Assembly (NCBI GenBank): GCA_039588335.1
Contig: JBDGZZ010000005.1
Coordinates: 1-58,824 of the forward strand
DNA: 58,824 nt
Source: Gemmatimonadota bacterium
GTDB taxonomy: Bacteria > Gemmatimonadota > Gemmatimonadetes > Gemmatimonadales > GWC2-71-9
Direction of reading: 5' to 3'
Part shown: one piece after another, positions 1-9,716 of the stretch
How positions within the stretch are numbered: position 1 is the first letter of the stretch
How the letters are laid out: the number at the start of each line of letters is the position of its first letter
Translations under genes and position numbers: made by a program
Notes under the pieces: generated by a model
Told to the model about the DNA's origin: nothing
The model's input: the letters and a program-made list of their open reading frames with translations, nothing else
Databases searched by the model: none

Positions 1-317
1 CACGGAGTTGTGAGACAATTCTCGGGGGCGTCGAAAACTGCGCCCCACACAGTGGCGGTGTTCGGGCCTGGCACCGTGGCCTGAATCTGGGCACTCACGT
101 TGTTGGCGTTCCGCCCCAGCGTGGCCCCGTTTATCGCGGCGCCAGGAACCAATCCGAAGTTCTCGATCTGGTCTACGGGTTGGGCTTGGCTGCCCCCTCG
201 GGCAAACAGCGGTCCCACGGATTCGTCGGTCGGCCCTGCGGGCCGATCGGCCGAGCAGGCGGTCACGCTCACGATCGCGAGAGAGACCATGAGTAGGTGA
301 GGAGTGGTGCGATGCAT
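1..317 (-). CDS. Hypothetical lipoprotein, partial (runs off the window start)
   Basis: Not in the ORF track. Read manually: AAAGGAG RBS, ATG at 317, MHRTTPHLLMVSLAIVSVTAC-SADRPAGP... with a lipobox (VTAC). Frame stays open to the window edge. Confidence 0.7.
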   Translation of the reverse strand, partial: MHRTTPHLLMVSLAIVSVTACSADRPAGPTDESVGPLFARGGSQAQPVDQIENFGLVPGAAINGATLGRNANNVSAQIQATVPGPNTATVWGAVFDAPENCLTTP

Positions 318-609
318 AGAGTGGCTCCTTTCCGGGCGGCCAAAACCGCACGTAGGCTGAGAGCGTACCGTACGGTCCGCAGTCAACAATGGGTCCAACA
401 GATGTAGGTCAGAGAGCAACACGGAAAGAAGCAAAAGAGCCCATCCGTAGCGCACCTGGCCTGAGGGCGACGCGCTATTCTGTAGTGCGGTACACCGCAG
501 CGCAAGTAAGGAGCGACGCTGACATTGTGACAAACTTCACAAGCAACGTCGTGGCTATTCTTGCGTTGAGCGAGTATAGTTCCCGCGCTACGGATCAAGG
601 GAGCCAAAA

Positions 610-2253
610 ATGAAAGTCCATTTCCACGCCGCCGCGGCGACGTCGCTGGTGCTTCTCGCGACATCCGCGATACCGACCACCTGTCAGGAACCCACCCATA
701 TAGAGGGATTGGGAAGCTTGACGTTTCCCAACTCGGGAGCACCCGAAGCACAGCATGACTTCATTCGCGGTGTGCTCCTGCTCCACAGTTTCGAGTACGC
801 CCACGCGGCGCAAGCGTTCCGGAACGCACAGGCAAGCGACCCGGACTTCGCCATGGCGTATTGGGGCGAGGCCATGACTTACACGCACCCATTGTGGAAC
901 GAGAAGGACGCGGACGCGGCGTTGGAAGCACTGGCCCGGTACGCTCCCACCAAAGCGGAGCGTGCGGCAAAGTCGCCCACCAAGCGAGAACGGGGGTACC
1001 TGTCGGCCGTCGACGTTTTGTACGGCCAAGGGGAAAAGGCGGCGCTGGATACGCTCTACTCGAACGAGATGGGGAAGCTGGCTGCCGCGTATCCAGACGA
1101 CCTCGAGGCCAAGGCGTTCTACGCTTTGTCACTCATGGGACTGAGCCAGGGCGACCGGAACGTGCCGACGTATATGGAGGCCGGGGCAATGGCATTGGCC
1201 ATGTTCCAGACGAACGGCGATCACCCGGGCGCTGCCCATTATACAATACACGCCTTTGACGATCCGCCGCACGCCATCCTTGCTATGCCCGCAGCGCGGG
1301 CGTATGGACCCATGGCGCCCGATGCGGCACACGCACAGCACATGACCACCCACATCTTCCTCGCCCGAGGCATGTGGGACGACGTGGTCGAAGCAAACAT
1401 CCGTGCTGATGCGGTGACGGACCGCAACTTGGCCGCTCGAGATTTGCCGCCGACCTTTTGCGGTCACTACAACGAGTGGCTCATGTACGGCTATCAGCAG
1501 CAGGGACGCTACGAAGACGCAGAGACGTTGCTGATGAACTGTTTCGCGCAGGCGCACGATGAGCGACTGCCAGATCGCTTGCGGCATTCGGCCGAACGCT
1601 CCTATGCCTACATGCGCAGCCTGAACCTGGCGGATACTCGGGCTTGGGACGGCATACCGGCAGGCTCAGAGATCGACGCCAGCGACTCGCCAATGTTCGT
1701 GCAGCTAATGCAGGCATGGGGTAGCGGAGTAGCGGCACTGCAGCGCGGGGATCGGACGACTGCGGAGAAACACTACTCCTTTATAAAGGAAAAGGCCGGT
1801 AGCATCGAAGCCGGGTGGGAGAGTCCGTACGTGCCCGTGTGGGAGGGCACGCTAAACGCGCTACTGTTAGCCGAAGCCGGGGATGCTGAGGGTGCCTTGC
1901 TCGCAGCTAAAGGCGCCGCCGATTACGAAGCGTCGCTGCCGGTGGACTTCGGCCCACCCATCGCGTTCAAGCCGGCTCGCGAGTTGGAGGGCGAGATCCT
2001 TCTCGCCCAGGGTCGTGCCGCGGAAGCGCTCAAGGCGTTCGAGATGGCGTTGGCCCGGACTCCAAATCGGATTCTGAGCCTGGCGGGTTATGCTCAGGCG
2101 GTCGTGGCCGCAGGCCGAAAAGGCGACGCCGCAACCGCGTACAACGAACTCGCGGAGCTACTCGCCGGTGCCGACGCCGAAATGCCAGAGGCCCGTGAGG
2201 CCAACACGTTTATCGCGAACCGATCCAAGCCAGCCGGGGGGGCGGAACGCTGA
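610..2253 (+). CDS. Exported TPR-like alpha-helical repeat protein
   Basis: 547 aa ORF with GGGAG RBS and N-terminal signal peptide. TPR-like segments include AFRNAQASDPDFAMAYWGEA and AFEMALARTPNR. His-rich motifs HPGAAHY and HAQHMTTHIF. Confidence 0.8.
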   Translation: MKVHFHAAAATSLVLLATSAIPTTCQEPTHIEGLGSLTFPNSGAPEAQHDFIRGVLLLHSFEYAHAAQAFRNAQASDPDFAMAYWGEAMTYTHPLWNEKDADAALEALARYAPTKAERAAKSPTKRERGYLSAVDVLYGQGEKAALDTLYSNEMGKLAAAYPDDLEAKAFYALSLMGLSQGDRNVPTYMEAGAMALAMFQTNGDHPGAAHYTIHAFDDPPHAILAMPAARAYGPMAPDAAHAQHMTTHIFLARGMWDDVVEANIRADAVTDRNLAARDLPPTFCGHYNEWLMYGYQQQGRYEDAETLLMNCFAQAHDERLPDRLRHSAERSYAYMRSLNLADTRAWDGIPAGSEIDASDSPMFVQLMQAWGSGVAALQRGDRTTAEKHYSFIKEKAGSIEAGWESPYVPVWEGTLNALLLAEAGDAEGALLAAKGAADYEASLPVDFGPPIAFKPARELEGEILLAQGRAAEALKAFEMALARTPNRILSLAGYAQAVVAAGRKGDAATAYNELAELLAGADAEMPEAREANTFIANRSKPAGGAER

Positions 2254-2298
2254 GTTTCGAACACTGAATCTCGAAGGCCGAATCTCGAAGAATGAATG
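2250..2298. repeat. Degenerate 7-bp periodic array (nnGAAnn)
   Basis: ctgagtt-tcgaaca-ctgaatc-tcgaagg-ccgaatc-tcgaaga-atgaatg fills the whole intergenic gap. Confidence 0.75.
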
Positions 2299-2678
2299 GC
2301 AATCTCCGCTTCGCAGTATTCATGATTGTAGCGTTCGTCGTATTCGTATTCATTCTGCGTTTCGTGCTGCGCCGGCGAACCGAACACCCGTCATCTATGC
2401 GTGTGATCACTACGGCGCTGGTGGTTGTGGCCGGCGGCATGTTGTTCGCCAGGGTCGGCCAAAACAGCGGCCTACCGTGGTGGATCTATTACACGATCCC
2501 GCTGCTGGTTACGGTGGCGGTTCCGCCGGCGGTCTTCCGCATGAACTCACGGGAAGTACTAGCCTATCTAGTGTTGGCATTCCTATCGTCGCCGGTGATT
2601 CACGTCGTGTTCTCTTTCTTTTTGGGGTGGAACGAGTACATGCCCTTCATCGAGATTCTGGCAATGGGGGAGTTGTGA
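2292..2678 (+). CDS. Small integral membrane protein, about 4 TM helices
   Basis: 128 aa ORF with four hydrophobic stretches. Family not recognised. Confidence 0.7.
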   Translation: MNGNLRFAVFMIVAFVVFVFILRFVLRRRTEHPSSMRVITTALVVVAGGMLFARVGQNSGLPWWIYYTIPLLVTVAVPPAVFRMNSREVLAYLVLAFLSSPVIHVVFSFFLGWNEYMPFIEILAMGEL

Positions 2679-2777
2679 TGTAGAACGACGCAAGACGATG
2701 TAGCACGAAAGCGGTTTCAACCACTCATGTCCCCGATGGATACTGCCGCCTGTTTTTTTGCCTCCCTGCCTCCCGGG

Positions 2778-2822
2778 ATCGTATACCATTGACATACAAT
2801 CGTATACCATTAGTATACGTTC
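2778..2822 (+). promoter_or_regulatory. Sigma70-type promoter with overlapping operator repeats; probable leaderless transcript
   Basis: TTGACA (2789-2794), 16 bp spacer, TAGTAT (2811-2816), then ATG at 2823 with no RBS. ATCGTATACCATT occurs at 2778-2790 and 2799-2811. Inverted repeat CGTATAC-N5-GTATACG at 2801-2819. Confidence 0.75.
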
Positions 2823-3404
2823 ATGCCAACCGCATTGAACGCTCTGTTGGGATCTGAAACGAGGGCGGCCGTACTCGGCCATCTCCTGTTGCGACCCGAT
2901 GAGGAAGTGCACCTGCGCGAACTGGTACGTGTCACCGGCTTTTCCCCACGATCGGTCAACAAGGAGGTGAACCGTCTGGTTGCGGTGGGTGTTCTGCTCG
3001 AGCGGCGTAGCAGCAATAGACGGTACCTACGCGCAAACAAGGGGCACCAACTCTTCAACGAACTTCGCAACATTATCGACAAGACCGTTGGTGTAATACC
3101 GGCACTCACAGCTGCACTCGGCAAGGAAAGGGGAGTCAAACTCGCACTGCTGTTCGGCTCCGCCGCTGCAGGATCGGAAGGACCGGCAAGCGACGTGGAC
3201 CTTCTGGTGGTGGGATCCATATCCCTATCACGTGTGCTCAGAGTCACCCGACCGATCCAGGACAAGATCGGCAGAGAGATCAATCCGGTCGTGATGGACG
3301 TTCAGGAGTTCCGGCGGCGGCGAGCCAAGAAGGAACACTTCATCTCGACCGTGTTGAATGGAGAGATCGTCACGTTAGTCGGTGAGCTGGATGACATTAG
3401 CTAG
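2823..3404 (+). CDS. Winged-HTH + minimal nucleotidyltransferase (MNT) antitoxin-like protein
   Basis: N-terminal wHTH (HLRELVRVTGFSPRSVNKEVNRLVAVGVL). Pol-beta NTase motif LFGS-x10-DVD (LFGSAAAGSEGPASDVDLLVVG) followed by GREINP. Confidence 0.88.
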   Translation: MPTALNALLGSETRAAVLGHLLLRPDEEVHLRELVRVTGFSPRSVNKEVNRLVAVGVLLERRSSNRRYLRANKGHQLFNELRNIIDKTVGVIPALTAALGKERGVKLALLFGSAAAGSEGPASDVDLLVVGSISLSRVLRVTRPIQDKIGREINPVVMDVQEFRRRRAKKEHFISTVLNGEIVTLVGELDDIS

Positions 3405-3804
3405 TTGGGCGGCAAACGGCTGGTTGAGGCCGCACAAGACTTCACCGGAGGAGATCAACAATCTCCTCGCAATCGTGGAGCGAGAGCTGGCCGACTCAGC
3501 CGTCGTCGACATCTCATTAGATGCCAGACTCGGGATGCTGTACAACGCCGCCCTGAAGCTCGCGGACGTTGCACTCAGAAGCGCAGGATATCGTCCCGGC
3601 AGACGTCAATCGCACCACCACCGCACCATCATGTCGTTACCGCTGACATTAGGAGACCGGTGGTCAGATGCCGCTGAGTTTCTCGACACGATACGCGTTC
3701 TCCGCAACAGGGCTGATTACGAGTCCGTCGGTTTCGCAACCCAGAAACAGATAACGGAACTACGGAAGCTCGTGACGAAACTCCAACATGCCGTTGAACG
3801 GTGA
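3391..3804 (+). CDS. HEPN-domain protein, putative partner/toxin of the MNT
   Basis: Overlaps the MNT stop. All-helical, about 137 aa, with LYNAA and RNRADY motifs typical of HEPN proteins. ATG at 3391 preferred over GTG at 3382. Confidence 0.75.
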   Translation: MTLASWAANGWLRPHKTSPEEINNLLAIVERELADSAVVDISLDARLGMLYNAALKLADVALRSAGYRPGRRQSHHHRTIMSLPLTLGDRWSDAAEFLDTIRVLRNRADYESVGFATQKQITELRKLVTKLQHAVER

Positions 3805-3823
3805 ATCGCAGAACCGGTCGGCA

Positions 3824-3856
3824 AAGCACGCAGTTTGTACTCTGCACTTTGCACTT
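3824..3856. repeat. 7-bp periodic TGCAC array (left of the RCC1 pair)
   Basis: aagcacgcagtttgtactctgcactttgcactt. Related copies at 6531-6561 and 32998-33017. Confidence 0.7.
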
Positions 3857-3861
3857 CCCCC

Positions 3862-5037
3862 ATGCCCACTCACGCAATCTTCCTCCTTTCGGCGCTCGCG
3901 CTTGCAATTGCGTCGTGCGCAGATAGCACCGCGCCATACCAACCCGACGATCCACGCCTCTTCCTTGCAGTGGCTGCCGGTTCGGGCCACACTTGCGGCA
4001 TCAATGCCGAGGGACGGCTCCTCTGCTGGGGCCAGAACGAAGCTGGCCAACTCGGCGATGGGACAACCGAAGACCGGACATTCCCTGCGCCTGTAGCCGG
4101 CGATCTCCGGTTCGTGTCGGTCAGCGCTTCCGGGTCCAATACCTGCGGCATTACAGACGACGCCAGTGCCTATTGCTGGGGCAGTAACTACTTCGGACAG
4201 TTGGGCAATGGCACGGATAGCTCCCATGCGACGCCCGCCCCCGTTAACACCTCAGACATCGTGTTCAGTGCAATCAGCGCGGGCGGGGCTAGGACATGTG
4301 GTCTCGCGGTTAACGGAACGGCGTATTGCTGGGGGCTAGGTCCATTGGGAGACGGCACACAGGACACCGTAGCGGCTCCTGTTAAGGTCGATGGCGAAAT
4401 ACGCTTCAACTCGCTGTCAGCAGGTGGCGACCACACATGCGGCGTTGCCGCGGATCAAACAGCCTACTGCTGGGGCTCCAACTTTTACGGCGAACTCGGC
4501 ACGACAACCACCGAAACGTGTGGATTCCCCGAAGAGCAAAACACATGGCCCTGCAGCACGGTGCCACTAGTGGTCTCGGGTGATATTACGTTCTCGCAGC
4601 TGGTCACTGGGTGGGGACACACGTGTGGCATCGCGCTGGATGATGATGGTGTGTACTGCTGGGGAGACAATTACAGCGGGCAACTCGGTGATGGAACAGC
4701 AACCGATCGTCCGACACCGACGCGCGTCATCAGCCCAGACGTGATGTTCACAACCATCACCGCGGCCTCCGGCACCACATGTGGAGTTGCCCCAGACGGG
4801 ACTGCGTACTGTTGGGGTGGGCAGCCGCTCGGAAATGGAAGCGACTCGAGTGCAGTGGCGCCGACCCCAGTATCCGGTTCCGTTCGATTCGAGCACCTGA
4901 GCGTGGGCGGTACACATACATGCGGACTGAGCATGGAAGGTTTCATCTACTGCTGGGGATCGAACCGGAGGGGCCAACTGGGTGACGACTCAGACGTGCT
5001 CGGATGGGATACTCCCGTGGTGGTGTGGGGATGGTGA
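3862..5037 (+). CDS. RCC1/BLIP-II beta-propeller lipoprotein
   Basis: Lipobox (AIASC). About seven repeats of AGxxHTCG...YCWGxNxxGQLG. Start at ATG 3862. Confidence 0.9.
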   Translation: MPTHAIFLLSALALAIASCADSTAPYQPDDPRLFLAVAAGSGHTCGINAEGRLLCWGQNEAGQLGDGTTEDRTFPAPVAGDLRFVSVSASGSNTCGITDDASAYCWGSNYFGQLGNGTDSSHATPAPVNTSDIVFSAISAGGARTCGLAVNGTAYCWGLGPLGDGTQDTVAAPVKVDGEIRFNSLSAGGDHTCGVAADQTAYCWGSNFYGELGTTTTETCGFPEEQNTWPCSTVPLVVSGDITFSQLVTGWGHTCGIALDDDGVYCWGDNYSGQLGDGTATDRPTPTRVISPDVMFTTITAASGTTCGVAPDGTAYCWGGQPLGNGSDSSAVAPTPVSGSVRFEHLSVGGTHTCGLSMEGFIYCWGSNRRGQLGDDSDVLGWDTPVVVWGW

Positions 5038-6755
5038 CCGTGGCCGGACGTACGATGGGTCGCTCCAATGTTCGTTGGCAGGGCGCCTTTGCACTGGCCT
5101 GCGTGCTTGCCGCCGGCTGCGACGACAGTACCGCACCTGCTGTCGCATCGCAGTTGGCGTTTGTGATCGAACCGGCATCTGCCAGCGCTGGTTGGACCTT
5201 GGTGCCGGACATCGTCGTGGCAGCGACCGCACCCGATGGACAAACCGCCGTATCCTGGGGCGACAGCATTACAGTAACACTCGAATCGGGCACCGGAGCA
5301 GCCGAACTCCTGGGTACCACGACGAGAGCACCGGTCGCCGGTGTGGCCGTGTTCGACGACTTGTCGGTTGATGCTGCGGGATCCAGCTATAAACTAATTG
5401 CGCGCTCCGGGACGCTCACCGAAGCGTCGAGCGAGCCCTTCAAGATTCACGACATCTTCTCGGCGACCGTGGTCAGCGCCGGTTACGCCCACACATGTGC
5501 ACTTTCGACGGACGATGAGGCGTATTGCTGGGGTATCAACGAAGAAGGTCAGGTTGGGGACGGTACTACAGACAGGAGTCCACTGCCAACTCCAGTTATG
5601 ACACAGCTACGGTTCACTACAATCACCGCAGGCGGGTGGCACACCTGCGGTCTAACGTCGGACGGGAGCGCGTACTGCTGGGGCTCGAACGCCGAAGGCC
5701 AACTTGGCAACGGGACAACCGATTCGAGCCTAACGCCCGTGCAGGTGACACTCCCGGCACCGACACTGTTGCTCGACGCGGGGCGCTACCACACGTGTGC
5801 CATCACCGATGACGGCAATACTTACTGCTGGGGAGAGAACTACAACGGTATGCTGGGGGATGGGACCGATACCACACGTACGTTGCCGGCGCTCGTTGCC
5901 GGCGCGATCCAGTTTGAATCGGTCAGCGCCGGTTATCTTCAAACGTGCGGCCTCACCGGCGACGGAACGGCATACTGTTGGGGCGGTAACATATACGGGG
6001 AGATCGGTGACAGCACTCAGGGCGGCGCACATCCGCTGCCCACACCTGTGTTCGGTGGACACCGATTCGAGTCTATTTTCGCGGGGGGAGGGAGCTGTCA
6101 CGGACATACCTGCGGGATTGGGACAGACGGTACGACATATTGCTGGGGCCGCAACTACCAGCGCTGGCTCAATCCCGAGCCTCCTTGGACCAGCTTTAAT
6201 CTGGTTCCGACTGTACTCGTGGGAGACCCGGGCTTCAGCAGCATCATGGTGGGCGGCAGGGCCGTGTGCGGCATCGATACGGGTAGCAGACTCTACTGCT
6301 GGGGCGACGGGACACACGGCCAGAGTGGTCTTGGGAACGTCGGGAGCAGTGCGCCTGCTCCGATAATGCCTAGCCTAGCATTCAGCTCCGTTAGCCCCGG
6401 ACAGTATCACACCTGCGCTGTCACCACGGATGGCGCAACCTACTGCTGGGGCAGCAACACGGACGGCCAACTGGGCAACGAGTCGAATCGCTCGGGTTGG
6501 ACCATTCCGGTTCCGGTGTGGAATCCCCAGAAGCACGATGCACCTTGCACGTTGCACTTTTCTCACGCCCGCCCCTCCGCCCCTGTCCTTCTACCGATTC
6601 GTACGGGGCTCATCCGTGAGCCGCATGAGCGCTGCGCGCGCAGTCTCGACCCACGGTTGGAATTCGGGATCGGCCTTCTCCCACAAGCGCACGAACTGAC
6701 CGTAGTACTCAACCGCCTTCTCCACCTCACCTCGTCCTTCGTGTATCTCCGCTAG
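5031..6755 (+). CDS. RCC1/BLIP-II beta-propeller lipoprotein with N-terminal Ig-like domain; C-terminus probably an aberrant extension
   Basis: Lipobox LAAGC, an Ig-like beta region, then about seven HTC..YCWG..GQLG repeats. Similarity to the paralog ends near 6525 (GWTIPVPVW). Start uncertain (5004, 5031 or 5055). Confidence 0.85.
   Translation: MVTVAGRTMGRSNVRWQGAFALACVLAAGCDDSTAPAVASQLAFVIEPASASAGWTLVPDIVVAATAPDGQTAVSWGDSITVTLESGTGAAELLGTTTRAPVAGVAVFDDLSVDAAGSSYKLIARSGTLTEASSEPFKIHDIFSATVVSAGYAHTCALSTDDEAYCWGINEEGQVGDGTTDRSPLPTPVMTQLRFTTITAGGWHTCGLTSDGSAYCWGSNAEGQLGNGTTDSSLTPVQVTLPAPTLLLDAGRYHTCAITDDGNTYCWGENYNGMLGDGTDTTRTLPALVAGAIQFESVSAGYLQTCGLTGDGTAYCWGGNIYGEIGDSTQGGAHPLPTPVFGGHRFESIFAGGGSCHGHTCGIGTDGTTYCWGRNYQRWLNPEPPWTSFNLVPTVLVGDPGFSSIMVGGRAVCGIDTGSRLYCWGDGTHGQSGLGNVGSSAPAPIMPSLAFSSVSPGQYHTCAVTTDGATYCWGSNTDGQLGNESNRSGWTIPVPVWNPQKHDAPCTLHFSHARPSAPVLLPIRTGLIREPHERCARSLDPRLEFGIGLLPQAHELTVVLNRLLHLTSSFVYLR
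6531..6561. repeat. 7-bp periodic TGCAC array (right of the RCC1 pair)
   Basis: aagcacgatgcaccttgcacgttgcactttt, same orientation as 3824-3856. Confidence 0.7.
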
Positions 6756-9650
6756 GCGCATGTACCCTTGTGCCAAATGTCCCCCATCGTACCAGAGATC
6801 CGCTGACGGAAGCTCCACCAGCCGCTCGTACATCACGCGCACAGAGTCCTCTTGGCCGAGCCGGTCGTATGCCCGGGCGAGCCAGTTTCCGTCGTCGAAC
6901 CGGCGGAACGCCGCAAGTGCCTCTTCGGACCGGTCCTCGGCCAAGGCAATGACGCCGCGGGCTCCTTCCGCCCACTGCTCAGCGTCCTCGGCGTGATCCG
7001 CATCGGGCGTTGCGTGGTACGCGGTCAGAAGGCTAGTGGCTTGGTCGGGTCGTCCCGATGCGGCGTAGGCAAAGGCCAGATGACCGTAAGGACGGTCGAG
7101 CGGGGCCAGTTCCTCCAACGGATGAAGCGCCAGGGCATCGTCCAACAGGCTCAGCGCGCGATCGGGATCGTCTAGCAATAGGCGCTCTACAATCGCCCGG
7201 CGCGCCATGCGCAGCAGATACGCGCCCCGTACCCCGCGTTCGGTACTGATCTCGAAAGCTTGCTGCCAGCGGCGGCGCGCCGACTCGAGCTGTCCCTGAA
7301 GCGCATCGAGGTGCCCCCACCACTCGTAGGCAATAGCCTCCCAGAACACCGTGCCACGTTGATCGTTCAACAGGCCCTGTACCAACGTCTGTGCACTATC
7401 GTACTGCTGTTCGTACGCGGCGTTCAGCACGAACGCCAACTTGACTTCAGGGTTTGCTGGAAAACGTTCCTGGAACAACTCCGCAATCACGGTCGCCGTG
7501 TCCCACTGCTTCTGCCGTGCGAGTGAGCCGGAGAGGTTGCTGTAATACAGTCGCGAGGTCGGGTCGACATCGAGCGCCTGTCCGTACAGGTCCGATGCCC
7601 GGCTGAAGTCCCGCAGCTGTCCGTAGATGACCCCGAGATTGTTCAACGCGTAGGTGTCATCAGGATACATATCGAGCACCGTGCGATAGGCGCTGATCAC
7701 CTGATCCCGATTTCCAGTGACCACCGAGTGGTAGGCCGCTGTCACGAGGTAGCGCTCGCGTTCGGTCAAGCGGTCGCGGAACTCGTACGCCCTCGTAGCC
7801 GCATCGACTGCGCGGGCTCGCTGTTCGCCCTCGTTATTCAGAATGATTGCCGTCTTGCGGTACGCCATCGCAAACATGCTATCCTCGGCGATGGCTTCAC
7901 CGAGCAACTGCAGCGCACGGGTCTGATCGCCCTGGTTCCACGCTTCGAGTCCCTGCGTGAAGATCCGCATGGCACGCATCGAGCCCGTCGTGACGCGCTC
8001 GAGCGGCTCACCGCGGCGAATATCGCGCAGCGATTCCCCGAAACGCTCGCGCATTCGGTTCGAAAGCCGGTCGACTGCGTCCACCAGCTCGTCGGCACTG
8101 GCCGCCTGCTCCGTTTCCGCCAGCAGCACCTCGCCATCCGTGGCTACCAGCCGCGCCGAGATCGTCAGGCTGCTTCCGACCGCTGCGACCTCGCCGGTAA
8201 TGACTCCCTTCAGGCCTTCACGCTCCGCCGCGGCGAGGGCGACCTCTTCTGTCACACCTTGTGCTACGTCACGCCGCATGAGATCGAGCGTCCGGCCCAA
8301 TTGCAGGGGATCCATCGTAGAGATCGCCGTCGACTGCGACAGCCCGATGCGCATCAATTCTGTGACCGTCGCCCCGTGCGTGGGTTCGGTTGCACGGTTC
8401 TCGAAGTCCGCGAGAACTACCCGCTCGCGCTCACCCATCTCTCCGGAGGATATGAGCGTAGCCGCCGGCCCGATGCCCAGCGCGCCCATCGTCGCCAGCC
8501 CCGCAGTCACCACGGCGAGCGCCCCAAACGCAAGGCCGCCGCCCACGAGCGTGCGACGCCAGGAGAGGAGGCGGCCAAACACGCTTTCCGTTCCCGCGCC
8601 AATGGTGCGCCGTCGCTCGAGTATCGCGGTCGCAACCACTAGCGGCAAACCCGCCAACAACAGTACTACCGCCCCGCCGAACACCCACATCGGAAGGCCC
8701 ACCTGCAACACGAGCAGGTAGACCACTCCGAGCATCAGGAGTCCTGCCACACCGAACGCACCGGCAGCGAGCCCGGGGCCGACGCTCGTCGCGCGAGCCG
8801 GAGTCGCTGCGGCCGTCGTGGCGGCGGGGCGCAACGCTTCGGCAAACTGGGCCGCGGGGCTGAAACGGTCTGCAGGCGTCTTGGAGAGTACCCGCATCAA
8901 TGCGGCCGACACCTCGGCCGGGACGGCCGGCCGCAGCGTCGTGATACTCGGTGGCTCCACCGTGAGGTGCTGGTGCACCACACTCTCTAGCGACCCAGTG
9001 AACGGAGTCTGCCCCGCGAGCATTTCGAACAGCACACACCCGAGGCTGTACAGATCGCTCCGGCCGTCGAGGTCCATGCTCCCGGCCGCCTGTTCCGGAC
9101 TCATGTACAGCGGTGTACCGATCGACATCCCCGTCAGCGTGAGTCGCTCACCCCCGGCAGCCCTGATCGCGCGGGCAATTCCGAAATCGGCGACCCGCGC
9201 ATGTCCCCCCGCCAACAGGATGTTCTCGGGCTTGATGTCTCGATGGACCACATCGTGACTGTGCGCATAAGAGAGTGCATCGGCCACCTCGCGCGCGATT
9301 TGCAATGCGTCCTCTAGCGGGAGTTGTTTCTCCCGATCCAATCGCTCGCGCAGCGACTCACCTTCCACGTTCGGCATGACGTAGTAGAGGAAGCCGCCGG
9401 CCTCACCTGAATCGTAGAGCGGGAGGATGTGGGGATGGTCGAGACCAGCAGAGATCTCGATCTCGCGCACGAAGCGCTCGGGTCCGAGCGCGGCCGCAAG
9501 CTCCGATTTCAAGACCTTGATCGCAACATTCCGGCCGTGTTTCACATCCTCAGCGAGGTACACCGTCGCCATGCCGCCGCGGCCCAATTCTCGGACTACC
9601 GTGTACCTATCGGCGAGTGCGACGGTGAGGCGATCGAGCGAGTCTGACAT
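6591..9650 (-). CDS. Hanks-type Ser/Thr kinase with about 3 TM helices, TolB-N-like domain and TPR region
   Basis: GRGGMATV, VAIK, HRDIKPEN, DFG and GTPLYMSPE motifs. Likely start MSDSLDRL at 9650. The longer ORF start lies inside a repeat array. Confidence 0.93.
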   Translation of the reverse strand: MSDSLDRLTVALADRYTVVRELGRGGMATVYLAEDVKHGRNVAIKVLKSELAAALGPERFVREIEISAGLDHPHILPLYDSGEAGGFLYYVMPNVEGESLRERLDREKQLPLEDALQIAREVADALSYAHSHDVVHRDIKPENILLAGGHARVADFGIARAIRAAGGERLTLTGMSIGTPLYMSPEQAAGSMDLDGRSDLYSLGCVLFEMLAGQTPFTGSLESVVHQHLTVEPPSITTLRPAVPAEVSAALMRVLSKTPADRFSPAAQFAEALRPAATTAAATPARATSVGPGLAAGAFGVAGLLMLGVVYLLVLQVGLPMWVFGGAVVLLLAGLPLVVATAILERRRTIGAGTESVFGRLLSWRRTLVGGGLAFGALAVVTAGLATMGALGIGPAATLISSGEMGERERVVLADFENRATEPTHGATVTELMRIGLSQSTAISTMDPLQLGRTLDLMRRDVAQGVTEEVALAAAEREGLKGVITGEVAAVGSSLTISARLVATDGEVLLAETEQAASADELVDAVDRLSNRMRERFGESLRDIRRGEPLERVTTGSMRAMRIFTQGLEAWNQGDQTRALQLLGEAIAEDSMFAMAYRKTAIILNNEGEQRARAVDAATRAYEFRDRLTERERYLVTAAYHSVVTGNRDQVISAYRTVLDMYPDDTYALNNLGVIYGQLRDFSRASDLYGQALDVDPTSRLYYSNLSGSLARQKQWDTATVIAELFQERFPANPEVKLAFVLNAAYEQQYDSAQTLVQGLLNDQRGTVFWEAIAYEWWGHLDALQGQLESARRRWQQAFEISTERGVRGAYLLRMARRAIVERLLLDDPDRALSLLDDALALHPLEELAPLDRPYGHLAFAYAASGRPDQATSLLTAYHATPDADHAEDAEQWAEGARGVIALAEDRSEEALAAFRRFDDGNWLARAYDRLGQEDSVRVMYERLVELPSADLWYDGGHLAQGYMRLAEIHEGRGEVEKAVEYYGQFVRLWEKADPEFQPWVETARAALMRLTDEPRTNR

Positions 9651-9716
9651 GTGGATTTCCAGTGCAGGTGACCCGGCAATGTAAGTCGGGTGGGCCCGGG
9701 TGACCAGGGAATGCCC

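Noticed and set aside
6875-6905. Possible short in-frame deletion in the kinase TPR tail (FDDGN-WLARAY)
   Set aside because: Based only on recollection that similar proteins have a longer Cys-containing loop here. It cannot be supported without an alignment.
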